From contig OY970325.1 of assembly GCA_963717145.1 (NCBI GenBank), positions 2,880,001 to 2,944,000 of the forward strand: a stretch of DNA of 64,000 nt, read 5' to 3'. Below, piece after piece: positions 8,981 through 18,090 of the stretch. The notes below the pieces were generated by a model. The model was not told the DNA's origin. It was given only the letters and a program-made list of their open reading frames with translations, and made no database searches. A program made the translations under genes and the position numbers. How positions within the stretch are numbered: the first letter of the stretch is position 1; each line of letters opens with the position of its first letter. Source of the stretch: an uncultured Armatimonadetes bacterium. GTDB lineage: Bacteria; Armatimonadota; UBA5829; DTJY01.

Positions 8981-9847
8981 CTCGCAGTCAAATCTTCCGC
9001 CCCAGCGAAGCCTGCTCTGGAGCTTGTCGAAAAACGTCGTGTCGCCCACCTTGACGAGCCGCGCCTTGAACTCCGCCTCGCCGACGAGCACCTCGTCATC
9101 CTCCTCCAGATGCACGCCGACCTGGCCGTCCACCGTGAGCATGACCTCTTCGTGAATGTCGCCGCAGATCAGGACTTTGACTGTCTCCCGGCTCGACACC
9201 AGGAGTGGGCGAACGTTCAGGGTATGCGGACAAATGGGGGTGATGATGGTCACGTTCAGGTCCGGCGTCACGAGCGGTCCGCCGGCGGACAGGGAGTAGG
9301 CGGTCGAGCCGGTGGGAGTTGCGATGATGAGGCCGTCCGCCTGGTAGGCCGTAATGTACCTGCCCGAGACGTAGGTCTCCAGGCGGAGCATCCGGGCGAG
9401 CGGACCCTTCCCGATCACCACCTCGTTGAGCGCCGAGGCTTCCGAGATCGTCCGGCCGGCTCGACGCACAACAGCGTTGAGCATCGTGCGTTCCTCGACC
9501 TGATAGTCACCGTCGAGGACGGAGTTGACCGACGCCTGGGCGTTGGCGGGCTCGATGTCGGTCATGAAACCGAACCTGCCGAACCGGATCCCCAGCATCG
9601 GGACGCCCGCGGGCGCCATCATGCGGCTCGCGCGGAGGAGGGTCCCGTCACCCCCTAGCACGAGCGCGAGGTCGGCTGACACCAGTTCCTTCTCCTGGCG
9701 CGAGAGATGCGGGAAGCCGGCCACTCTCGCGGCGTCCGGCTCGATGACGACCCCGACCCCTCGCTCCTCCAGGTTCGGGACGAGCGTCTTCACCAACTCG
9801 ACGGCGTCGTGCTTCTCCGGGTTCAGTACGATTGCGATGGTCTTCAT
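8972..9847 (-). CDS. nadK: NAD(+) kinase
   Basis: LGGDGTLL, ALNE, DGLIIATPTGSTAYSLSAGGP, TPICPH. Confidence 0.96.
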   Translation of the reverse strand: MKTIAIVLNPEKHDAVELVKTLVPNLEERGVGVVIEPDAARVAGFPHLSRQEKELVSADLALVLGGDGTLLRASRMMAPAGVPMLGIRFGRFGFMTDIEPANAQASVNSVLDGDYQVEERTMLNAVVRRAGRTISEASALNEVVIGKGPLARMLRLETYVSGRYITAYQADGLIIATPTGSTAYSLSAGGPLVTPDLNVTIITPICPHTLNVRPLLVSSRETVKVLICGDIHEEVMLTVDGQVGVHLEEDDEVLVGEAEFKARLVKVGDTTFFDKLQSRLRWGGRFDCENG

Positions 9848-9878
9848 AGATGTAGCTCGATACGCTTCGAATCAGTTG

Positions 9879-9907
9879 ATTATAGCAGATGCGCCCCGGC
9901 CTTACAA
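9879..9907 (-). promoter_or_regulatory. Promoter of nadK-recN (TTGTAA-17-TATAAT, extended -10 TG)
   Basis: Minus strand reads ttgtaa ggccggggcgcatctgc tataat. Confidence 0.6.
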
Positions 9908-9920
9908 CGACCGACCTACC

Positions 9921-11831
9921 TCAAGGAGGGGAACTGGTAACCAGCACCAACTCCGAGAGCTGCTGGTCGTCGCCCGTGAACTTCACGAAGAGCCGGCCGC
10001 CGACCCACGCGCCGAGATCCACCTTGTGCCAGGACCGATCGCTCTTCCCCGAGAGCACCATCTCCCACGTGACCCGGTCTCGCGAGACGAGCACCTGCCA
10101 CTCCTTCGCCTGATGCGCCCCCACGTTCAACTCCATCGTCGCCCCGACCGCCTTCGACAGGTCGAACTTGTAGGTCCACATGCCGTTGAACCGTACGCTC
10201 GGCGCAGCGCCGCTGCCCTCATTCTCCACCAGGTAGCGGCCCTCGGTGACGCTGTTCGCGAGGAACTCGATCACCCGTCCCTCCGCCATGCGCACCGGCA
10301 TCTCGATCGGCGCGAGAGGACGCTTGTCGGCCGACCCCTGAATCCGCAGTTCGGTCATGCCGAGCTTGGCGTTGGCGGGCACCTGGAACTTCAGCTCGAC
10401 ATCCGCGACCTCACCGGCCTTTACGGAGAACGGCTTCCTCGATCCCCCGAGCGAGCCGATGTAAGGTTCGAGCCGCACTTCCACCGGCCCGTCGGAATCG
10501 TTGTGCACCTTGATGGGAAGCAGTCGACGCCCGCCCCGGATCACATATGGCCGAGAGGTCTCCTCCGGGACGGACACGCTCAGCCAGACGTCCCTGCGGT
10601 AATAACGATCGCCGGGCTCCATGCGAGAGAAGGGCCCGGAGGAGAACGAGCCGTCCGAGCTGAGCACGAAGACCGGTTCCGGCCCGACCTCGATGCTGAG
10701 CGCCTTGACCGGCTCCGTGCCGCCGAGCCGCCTGATCTCCGTCCAATGCTTCTCCTTCGGCAGATCGAGCGTCGCCGTCCCCTTCCCCGGATGCCACGCC
10801 GCCAGGAGTACCTTATTGTCCGCGCTCTGGAACCGGTGACATCGAAGCGTCTCATGCTTGAGAGCGCCGAGATACTGATAATCGGAGAGCATACCCGTCA
10901 CCAGCCGGTACGCCTCGAACGCCGGCTTCCGAGTGCCATCTGGGCGGATGAGGCCGTGCCCCGGGCCGACCCAATCCTTCACGGAGAACCAGAACGCCTT
11001 GGCGACATCCATATCCCCGCACGTCAGGCTCGTGATCATCGCCTGCTGGAGGAGCCGCGCCTGGACCTCCTCCGTGATCCCTTTGTCGCCGGTCGACCAT
11101 CCGAGTTCCGTGAGCCAGATCTCCTTGTGCAGGTCGCGGCGCTTGTCCATCAGGTCGCGCAGATTGCGCAGTTGGAGGGTGAACCACGCGTCGTCGAACG
11201 TCTCGCCCCACTGATACGGGTGGACCGCCATCACGTCGAAGAAGTACTGGCCGCCGGTGTCGTAGACGCGCTCGATGAACGGGAGGTTGACGCCCGCCGT
11301 CCCGCCGAAGACGACCTTGCACTCGGGGTCGGCCTTCTTCGCGGCGACGTAGGCGCTCTTGAGAAGATCGGAGTACTGCTCGATCGTGCCGGTCCAGAAG
11401 CCGATGTCCGGCTCGTTCCAGACCTCCCAATACTTGACTTTGCCCTTGTAGCGGGAGACGACCGCATGGACGAAGTCGGTCCAGTCCTTGAGGGATCGGG
11501 GAGGCGCGCTGTTCTCGCCGTTCGGGCCGGACGACGCCCATTTCGGAGTATATCCGAGGATGACGAGCAGATCGACGCCCTCGTCCCTGATCCAGCCGTT
11601 GACCTCGGCATCGGCGTTCGTCCAGTCGAAGACGCCGCGTTCCTTCTCGACCGCGCCCCAGTCGAGGGCGGAACACCCTGCCCCGGCTCGGACCCACTTG
11701 ATCCCCGCGTCCTTGATACCGGGCCAGGAGCAGATCACGCCGAACGGGGACTCGGAGGTCCGGACGACATCGGCCGCCGTGGGAACAGCGAGTAGAACGC
11801 ACAAGAGTAGAACTCCGGACAACCGTCTCAT
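9921..11831 (-). CDS. Secreted clan GH-A glycoside hydrolase (GH39/GH5-like) with C-terminal beta-sandwich domains
   Basis: Signal peptide MRRLSGVLLLCVLLAVPTAA; WEVWNEPD (acid/base), AVHPY, IWLTELGW (nucleophile). Preceded by TGCTATAAT and GGAGG. Confidence 0.8.
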   Translation of the reverse strand: MRRLSGVLLLCVLLAVPTAADVVRTSESPFGVICSWPGIKDAGIKWVRAGAGCSALDWGAVEKERGVFDWTNADAEVNGWIRDEGVDLLVILGYTPKWASSGPNGENSAPPRSLKDWTDFVHAVVSRYKGKVKYWEVWNEPDIGFWTGTIEQYSDLLKSAYVAAKKADPECKVVFGGTAGVNLPFIERVYDTGGQYFFDVMAVHPYQWGETFDDAWFTLQLRNLRDLMDKRRDLHKEIWLTELGWSTGDKGITEEVQARLLQQAMITSLTCGDMDVAKAFWFSVKDWVGPGHGLIRPDGTRKPAFEAYRLVTGMLSDYQYLGALKHETLRCHRFQSADNKVLLAAWHPGKGTATLDLPKEKHWTEIRRLGGTEPVKALSIEVGPEPVFVLSSDGSFSSGPFSRMEPGDRYYRRDVWLSVSVPEETSRPYVIRGGRRLLPIKVHNDSDGPVEVRLEPYIGSLGGSRKPFSVKAGEVADVELKFQVPANAKLGMTELRIQGSADKRPLAPIEMPVRMAEGRVIEFLANSVTEGRYLVENEGSGAAPSVRFNGMWTYKFDLSKAVGATMELNVGAHQAKEWQVLVSRDRVTWEMVLSGKSDRSWHKVDLGAWVGGRLFVKFTGDDQQLSELVLVTSSPP

Positions 11832-11872
11832 ATCGGCAATCCTCCCGTCGCCGGCATTATAGCAGGTTGCCG

Positions 11873-12173
11873 CGGGAAACACGAATGGGACGAATGGACG
11901 AATAGATGGGGAGATGGGATTGTGGTCTTCGGTTGGTTGCGGCGTCATCCGGTAGCTCATGCTCTCAAGGTAACGGAACACGAATGGGAAGGCGAATGGC
12001 TTGGGTTTCGGACCTTCGCATATTGGCGCTGCTCGTATTCTCCGCCCGGATTCGGTCTGTATTCGTGTGCCCCCACCTTGACACCATGACCCACTCGGGG
12101 ACAGCACGAGTTGTCGAAGGCCACGAGCCTGGTTTTCCCGATATTCGTCCATTCGTGCCATTCGCGTTTCCCG
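11873..12173. mobile_element. MITE-like ~300-bp non-coding element with ~31-bp terminal inverted repeats
   Basis: Left end gggaaacacgaatgggacgaatggacgaata; right end tattcgtccattcgtgccattcgcgtttccc (2 mismatches). The left ~140 bp recur in degenerate form at 42492..42635. Confidence 0.55.
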
Positions 12174-12185
12174 AGAGATGAGCGC

Positions 12186-12214
12186 TTGACATTCCATACC
12201 AATTATGGCATTCT
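12186..12214 (+). promoter_or_regulatory. Promoter of the MFS gene (TTGACA-17-CATTCT)
   Basis: ttgaca ttccataccaattatgg cattct. Confidence 0.5.
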
Positions 12215-12254
12215 TGATGGGGGACGCGGCGCCTCCGACTGGCAGGGAAAAAAG

Positions 12255-13454
12255 TTGTTCGACGCACTCGGATACCGAAACTACCGGCTATATTGGAGCG
12301 GAATCTTTCTGTCCGCAATCGGTAGCTGGGTGCAGAATACCGCGCAGGGCTGGCTGGTCTACGATCTGACTCACTCCAAGCTCATGCTCGGCGTCGTCGG
12401 GTTCGTCGGCTCGCTGCCCGTGACGTTCCTCACGCTGCTGGCCGGCGTGCTGGCGGACAGGGTCGATCGCCGCAAACTGCTCTTCGGCACCCAGGCGGTG
12501 CTGATGCTTTCGGCGTTCATTCTGGGCCTGCTGACATCCCTCGGGGTCGTGGCAGTCTGGCACGTGATGATGCTCGCGCTGATGTCGGGCTTTGCATCGG
12601 CATTCGACATGCCGGTCCGCCAGTCGGTGGTGCCGACGCTGGTCGGGAAGCACCACATCATGAACGCGATCGCGCTCAATTCGACGGCGTTCAACAGTGC
12701 GCGGATCATCGGCCCGGCGCTCGCGGGGATCCTGGTGACGAGTATCGGCCTCGGCAAGTGTTTCTACGTGAACTCGGCGAGCTATCTGGCTTTCATCGCG
12801 GCAATCGCGATGATCCGGATTGAGACCTTCAGGCCCATCGAGCAGCAGCCGAGCATCTGGACCGATTTTCGATCGGGCCTGCGCTATGTCGTCGGCCACA
12901 AAACGGTTCGCAGTCTCGTGTGCATGGCGGCGGTCCCGAGCCTGTTCGCCATGCCGTATGCCATGCTGATGCCGGTCTTCGCCAAAGAGGTTCTCGGCGT
13001 CGGGATCGCGGGCCTCGGATGGCTGATGTCGTCGGTCGGCATCGGCGGGCTGGCGGCCGCACTGACCCTGGCGATGCTCAGCAAGTCCGAGCGCAAGGGG
13101 CTGATCCTGACGACGGCGTCATTGCTGCTTCCGGTGGTGCTGATCCTGTTCGCCAACTCGCACCACTTCCGGTGGTCGCAGTTGTTCCTCGTCGGAGTCG
13201 GGTTCAGCAATCTGGCGTACCTGGCAAGCCTGAACTCTCTGATCCAGAGCATCGTGCCGGACGAGTTGCGCGGGCGAATCGTCGGCATATACATGTTTGC
13301 ATTCGTAGGGCTCGCGCCGCTGGGATCGTTGGTGATGGGAGCGGTCGCGCAGGTGGTCGGCGCTCCGATGGCTTTGACGGCGGGCGGGATCATATGTGCA
13401 ACGTGCGCCCTGCTGGTGCTGATCTTCCAGCCGCAGGTGCGCAGACTGGCTTAG
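12255..13454 (+). CDS. MFS transporter (MFS_3/DHA3-like)
   Basis: GVLADRVDRRK motif A, AFDMPVRQS, NSARIIGPALAG, PDELRGR; about 12 TM helices. Probable TTG start at 12255, downstream of the promoter. Confidence 0.88.
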   Translation: MFDALGYRNYRLYWSGIFLSAIGSWVQNTAQGWLVYDLTHSKLMLGVVGFVGSLPVTFLTLLAGVLADRVDRRKLLFGTQAVLMLSAFILGLLTSLGVVAVWHVMMLALMSGFASAFDMPVRQSVVPTLVGKHHIMNAIALNSTAFNSARIIGPALAGILVTSIGLGKCFYVNSASYLAFIAAIAMIRIETFRPIEQQPSIWTDFRSGLRYVVGHKTVRSLVCMAAVPSLFAMPYAMLMPVFAKEVLGVGIAGLGWLMSSVGIGGLAAALTLAMLSKSERKGLILTTASLLLPVVLILFANSHHFRWSQLFLVGVGFSNLAYLASLNSLIQSIVPDELRGRIVGIYMFAFVGLAPLGSLVMGAVAQVVGAPMALTAGGIICATCALLVLIFQPQVRRLA

Positions 13455-13471
13455 AGACAACACCCGGAGAT

Positions 13472-14548
13472 ATGATGATTAGGAAGTTCGCGATCATTCT
13501 GTTCGTTCTATCGGCGTCCATCTCCCAGGTTATAGGCGCGGATACCCCGCCGACGGAATGGTTGGCGGACGGGAGCAAGATCGTCGTCGCGGCGAAGCTC
13601 GCCGAGGGACAGGGTCTCTACATCCTCGACCCCGAAGGCCGCAGGGACGGGTACATACCGTTCGCCCACGAAATACTTGCAGTAAAGTGGCCACACAAGG
13701 ATGAGGCCATGTGCCTTCTCGCCCGACAATCGGACGGCCGCTGCTACCTCTGGCTCGCGAATCCGACTGGCATCATCGCTCGGCTCTCCAACCGGTCCGT
13801 CTATATCGGCGATACACCGAGCGCCGACCTCTTCGATTGCTCTCCTGACGGGCGGTACATCGTCTTTCCATCCGGTTCGGGCGCCAACGTCGATCTCTGG
13901 CGCGCGGACACGGAGGGCCGCACCGAGAAGCAGCTAACGAACGCCAAGGGCAGAGACCTGAGCCCCGCATGGTCGCCAAACGGGCGATTGATAGCGTTCG
14001 AGAGCGAGAGAGGCGGGACTCGCGGGATCTGGGTCATGTCGCCCGATGGAGGCTCCGTCCGCCGTGTCGCAGACGGTCCTGATGCCGAGCGGTGCCCGAC
14101 GTGGTCACCGGCGAGCGACAGCCTGGCGTATCTCGTGAAGGGGAAAAGCGAGGGGATCTACGTCTCCCCCGTGTCGGGCGGAAAGAGCAAACCGATCGCG
14201 ATCGGCGGAAAAGGATATGCGGCGCCCGTGTGGTCGAGCACCGGCAAATGGATTGCATTCATCTACGGAAAGAGCCCGGCCAACATCTACTGCACCCCGA
14301 TCGAGAAGGCCAAGGGTTGGGGTCCGTATTATCAGACAACATTCGACCGCTCGAAGGACACTCGCACGCATCTGCGCGCGCCCAACTGGTCGCCTGCGTG
14401 TGACCAGTTGGTGTTCACGACCTTTGAAGACGGCAAGATGAGCATTCGACTCGCAAACATGTCCACGAGCTACGGCGCGGTATACCGAGAAGTCTACACG
14501 GCGACGGGAGCAGGTCCCGCCGGCAAATCGGGAGGCCGTGACAAGTGA
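13472..14548 (+). CDS. Secreted TolB-like beta-propeller (PD40 repeats)
   Basis: Signal peptide; repeats SPDGRYIVF, PAWSPNGRLIAF, PTWSP, PVWSSTGKWIAF, PNWSP. Confidence 0.8.
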   Translation: MMIRKFAIILFVLSASISQVIGADTPPTEWLADGSKIVVAAKLAEGQGLYILDPEGRRDGYIPFAHEILAVKWPHKDEAMCLLARQSDGRCYLWLANPTGIIARLSNRSVYIGDTPSADLFDCSPDGRYIVFPSGSGANVDLWRADTEGRTEKQLTNAKGRDLSPAWSPNGRLIAFESERGGTRGIWVMSPDGGSVRRVADGPDAERCPTWSPASDSLAYLVKGKSEGIYVSPVSGGKSKPIAIGGKGYAAPVWSSTGKWIAFIYGKSPANIYCTPIEKAKGWGPYYQTTFDRSKDTRTHLRAPNWSPACDQLVFTTFEDGKMSIRLANMSTSYGAVYREVYTATGAGPAGKSGGRDK

Positions 14549-15624
14549 CCCACAGAGGTGTAGCGCCTTACGATAGGATTGTCCGGGATTTCAGGCAGTT
14601 GGATGCCTCGGAGATGCTGCGGACCACGTGGGATGTCGAGCGGCTGATCCACATGCAGTCGGTCCAGGGTCATGCACACGAAGGGCACTGCGCGTTCTAC
14701 GGCATCAAGTACCCGAACACGATGATGGACGACATCTCGCGGGCGCTTCGTCTCGATCCCGATGCCATTCGTGCGGACCGTCAGCGCCTGATCGATGAGA
14801 TCGAGCAGTACATCGACCGCGTCCTGGCCGGCGAGGAATTCCCGCCCCTGCATAACGATCGTGGGGATCCTCTGCTCAGTTCCGCCTCGCTGCGTGACCT
14901 CGAACTCTCCGGCAAGGAGGTTCTGCGGGGACTCTACGCCGGTGGCCTGCGCGACGACGCCGAAGTCCGCTTCGACATGGAATCCCGATACGGCATCAGG
15001 ATCGGAGGCGGGAAATGCTACCTGGTGAACACCAGGGTCATGGATAGCATGGATCTGAACGGTGACATCCTGGCCCACGGCGCCCATGAGGACATGATCG
15101 ACTACTACCGCGAAGTGGGTATGATCGTCGGCGACGAGGGTCCGGATGGCCCCAACGTCGAGTACATGTACATCCGGCATCGTCGAGGGCGAGGCGCTTC
15201 CGATGATGCGGCCATCCTGTTCGCCGGGATGCTCTGGGGACCGGGTGCGACTGTGGGAGCGTTTCTGGCGGATGCGGTCGATACCCTGGAGAAGCACGTT
15301 CCGGTCTTCGGGAATCAGGATAGCAGGCTTGCGCACAAGATCAGGAATGGCATGAAGGACTTGGGCGTTTCGGACGCGGACGTGAGGCATCTGACGTATC
15401 TGTCGGCAGTGCCGGAGGATGCGAGAATCGATGTCCCGGATAGCTCGCTCAGGTGTCTGCTCCTCATCGACCGCCAGCACGACATAACCGCGATTGAGAG
15501 CCACCTGCTATTCGTCGAAGGCAGGCGCTGTCCGCCCTGTCGGATAGGCCATGAAGAAGTCTCTAACAGAGATTTCTATGAGTACGCAGCCGAGCGCTTC
15601 CGGAGGTCTCCCGGGGCGCTGTAG
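14545..15624 (+). CDS. Hypothetical soluble protein (359 aa)
   Basis: Long ORF overlapping the upstream stop (GTGA). Globular composition with enzyme-like motifs YIRHRRGRGASDDAA and LADAVDTLEK. Confidence 0.7.
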   Translation: MTHRGVAPYDRIVRDFRQLDASEMLRTTWDVERLIHMQSVQGHAHEGHCAFYGIKYPNTMMDDISRALRLDPDAIRADRQRLIDEIEQYIDRVLAGEEFPPLHNDRGDPLLSSASLRDLELSGKEVLRGLYAGGLRDDAEVRFDMESRYGIRIGGGKCYLVNTRVMDSMDLNGDILAHGAHEDMIDYYREVGMIVGDEGPDGPNVEYMYIRHRRGRGASDDAAILFAGMLWGPGATVGAFLADAVDTLEKHVPVFGNQDSRLAHKIRNGMKDLGVSDADVRHLTYLSAVPEDARIDVPDSSLRCLLLIDRQHDITAIESHLLFVEGRRCPPCRIGHEEVSNRDFYEYAAERFRRSPGAL

Positions 15625-15637
15625 TATCCGTTCGTGG

Positions 15638-15958
15638 TCAATCGGTGATTCGGAAGACTTTGGGCAGTCCGGAGATCTGAAGTACCCTCAGCACCGCACC
15701 ACTCGCGCCACTGATGGTCACCTCACCGTCCTCGCCCAGGGTATTCCTGAGCCTGATGAGTACCTTGATCCCCTCGGAGTCCATATAGCTGACCTCCGAG
15801 AGATCCACCTGCACGTCCTTGTGCCCCTCGTCGGCTACTTCCTGTAGTCGTTCGCCCAACTTCGGCGCAGTCAGAGCATCGATCTCACCGCGCACCGCCA
15901 CAATCGGTACGCCCGCTCCGCTGTCGAGTTCCAGACTGAGATCCATGGTATCCTCCAT
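15638..15958 (-). CDS. STAS-domain anti-sigma factor antagonist
   Basis: GEIDALTAP, DLSEVSYMDSEG (phospho-Ser motif), RVLQISGL. Confidence 0.9.
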   Translation of the reverse strand: MEDTMDLSLELDSGAGVPIVAVRGEIDALTAPKLGERLQEVADEGHKDVQVDLSEVSYMDSEGIKVLIRLRNTLGEDGEVTISGASGAVLRVLQISGLPKVFRITD

Positions 15959-16024
15959 GATCCGCTGCGCATACCACGAGCAGCAAACACCTCAACACGC
16001 TGGGCTGTCGGACTGAAGCGATAC

Positions 16025-16053
16025 ATGATAGCACATGCTCTCCTGATTGTCAA
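16025..16053 (-). promoter_or_regulatory. Promoter of the STAS gene (TTGACA-17-TATCAT, extended -10)
   Basis: Minus strand reads ttgaca atcaggagagcatgtgc tatcat. Confidence 0.6.
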
Positions 16054-16117
16054 TAGCCTGTTTTTACCCACACATTAGAAGCGGATGTAAACGTTAACAT
16101 CAGGGGCAACGCGAACC

Positions 16118-17914
16118 TCATTCCCGGCAGACGCCACATCGCCGGCACGCGCCGACCTTGCACTGCGGGGTCACCGCCGCACTTATCGCACGCTCGTACT
16201 CCGAACGGAGGTAATCCTTCCGGACACCGAGGTCCAAATGGTCCCAGGGGAAAACCTCATCCTCGCGCCTCGGTCGCTGGGCATAGAAATGAGGATCGAT
16301 CCCAGTTCTTCGGAATGCTTCTCGCCAGTTGGCGTCCTCCCGGGCCACGATGAGCAGCGCATCCCTGAGTCGTCGGTCCCCACGCGCCAGGACGCCCTGC
16401 ACGACAGACTCCCGCGGGCTCTCACCCACGACCTCGACCGGCTTCACCGGGCCGAGCGCACGTCTTATGACCGCTCGCTTGCCCGATAGAGACCTCTCCT
16501 CGTCCATCGGCGCCCACTGGAACGGCGTCCAGGGTTTGGGGACGAAGCAACTCACCGAGACGATCACTTTCTCCCAGGGAAACATGCGGGCGATGCGGGC
16601 GGCCAGGTCGGCTATGCCGTCGATGTCTTCCGCGGTTTCGGTGGGCAGACCAACCATGAAGTAGAGCTTGATGCGCCGGAAGCCGGCGTCCCAGGCGATC
16701 GTCACGGCCCGGAGGATCTCATCGTCGGGCATACCCTTGTTGAGTACCAGTCTAAGGCGCTCCGTACCGGCTTCAGGCGCGATCGTCAGGGTTTCGTGCC
16801 CACCCCGGCGTAGTGTCTCCGCGATGTCCCGGTTGAGTGTGTCCGCCCGCATGGATGATATCGAGAAGAGCCTCTCACGTTCGAGAAGCGCCTTGCAGAT
16901 CAGCAGCGATGACGGATGGTCGAACACTGAGGCGCTCACCAGTCCAGCCCGCGGAGGAGCGCCCCCTCCTCCCTCGGGGTGCGGTGGCTCGACACCGCCT
17001 TGTCGGGGCACCTCGTCGAATTCCGCCGCCGGCACAGCGGTGCCGAGCCACCGCACTCCGAGGGCTGAGAGCACGCTTTCGGCCGATCTGGCGCGCGGGG
17101 GCAGGAACGCGTACCCGGCTGCGCAGAAACGGCACTGTCTCCCGCATCCTCTGGCGACCTCCGCCAGCAACATGTTCGAGAACTCCGTGTCGGGGGTGGT
17201 GATGACCGTGACGGCATCGAAATCCTCGAGACGACGGACCCACCGGCGACTGATCCGCTCGGGTGCTCCGTTCAGAGTCTCCGTCCGCTCGGTAGTTCCG
17301 TCCGCATGGTAGATAGGCCGATAGAGGCTCGGCACGTAGACCCCTTCGATGCGACTCAGGGCTCGAAGCAACTCCTCCCGATCATGGAAGCCCATCTCCC
17401 GAAGCGTCCCCACTATCTCGGGGAGGACCTCCTCCGCCTCGCCCAGCACGAATGCATCCACGAATGGGGCGAGCGGCTCGGGGTTGAACGTGACCGCCGG
17501 CCCTCCAGCGATGACGAGCGGCTGATCCGGTCCGCGTTCGCCGGCAACTTCATCTATCCGGGAGAGAGCGAGGATTCGGAGCAGGTTCGGGTAGTCGAGT
17601 TCGAAGGATACGGAGAAGGCAACGACATCGAAGTCTCGGACAGCCGTCTGGGATTCCATGGTGATGAGCGAGTCGCCCGTTCGTCGGAGTTCCGCAAGTT
17701 CGGGTGGATCGGGCAGGAAGACCCGCTCGCACATCGAGCCATCGGTGTCGTTGAGCAGGCCGTAGACGATCTGGAAGCCGAGACTCGACATCCCGACGTA
17801 GTAGGTGTTCGAGAACGCCAGGGCAAAGCGGATGTTCCCGGCATGGGTTCTGTGTATCGTGCCGGTCTCCCTGGAGAGCCGCCCTCGGGTCTTCTCGATC
17901 AGTCGTCTGGACAT
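16118..17914 (-). CDS. B12-binding-domain radical SAM protein (TIGR03960-like)
   Basis: YYVGMSSLG, CERVF, IAGGPAVTFNPEP, RGCGRQCRFC (CxxxCxxC), APEAG, YFMVGLPTE, PKPWTPFQW, C-terminal CxxxxCxxCGVC. Confidence 0.85.
   Translation of the reverse strand: MSRRLIEKTRGRLSRETGTIHRTHAGNIRFALAFSNTYYVGMSSLGFQIVYGLLNDTDGSMCERVFLPDPPELAELRRTGDSLITMESQTAVRDFDVVAFSVSFELDYPNLLRILALSRIDEVAGERGPDQPLVIAGGPAVTFNPEPLAPFVDAFVLGEAEEVLPEIVGTLREMGFHDREELLRALSRIEGVYVPSLYRPIYHADGTTERTETLNGAPERISRRWVRRLEDFDAVTVITTPDTEFSNMLLAEVARGCGRQCRFCAAGYAFLPPRARSAESVLSALGVRWLGTAVPAAEFDEVPRQGGVEPPHPEGGGGAPPRAGLVSASVFDHPSSLLICKALLERERLFSISSMRADTLNRDIAETLRRGGHETLTIAPEAGTERLRLVLNKGMPDDEILRAVTIAWDAGFRRIKLYFMVGLPTETAEDIDGIADLAARIARMFPWEKVIVSVSCFVPKPWTPFQWAPMDEERSLSGKRAVIRRALGPVKPVEVVGESPRESVVQGVLARGDRRLRDALLIVAREDANWREAFRRTGIDPHFYAQRPRREDEVFPWDHLDLGVRKDYLRSEYERAISAAVTPQCKVGACRRCGVCRE
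16971..17064. repeat. Palindromic element (GGAGTGCGG..CCGCACTCC type) lying in frame inside the radical SAM gene
   Basis: ccctcggggtgcggtggctcgacaccgc ... gcggtgccgagccaccgcactccgaggg; 28-bp arms with 2 mismatches. Confidence 0.75.
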
Positions 17915-17919
17915 AGGCA

Positions 17920-18010
17920 GAGTATGGGAGAATGGGAGTATGGGTGTGTGGGAGAATTGGAGTGAGGCGATACGATCACCCCCACACTCCCATACTCCCA
18001 TACCCACATA
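17920..18010. repeat. Inverted pair of octamer tandem repeats (AGTATGGG/CCCATACT)
   Basis: gagtatgggagaatgggagtatgggtgtgtggg ... cccacactcccatactcccatacccacata. Confidence 0.8.
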
Positions 18011-18018
18011 CATGAGAA

Positions 18019-18065
18019 ATGAGCAAGCCATCCGGTTCGTGGGGTGAATCGGTCGGCTTGCTCAT
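18019..18065 (-). terminator. Hairpin downstream of ftsZ (possible terminator)
   Basis: Stem atgagcaagcc ... ggcttgctcat; only a weak U-tract. Confidence 0.4.
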
Positions 18066-18090
18066 GTATATCAATCACTGAAATGGCAGA

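Noticed and set aside
9525..11795. Long antisense or alternate-frame ORFs (e.g. 756 aa here, 23559..25022, 32744..34132, 38211..39506, 59991..61205)
   Set aside because: Shadow ORFs typical of high-GC coding DNA, lying opposite well-supported genes and lacking motifs.
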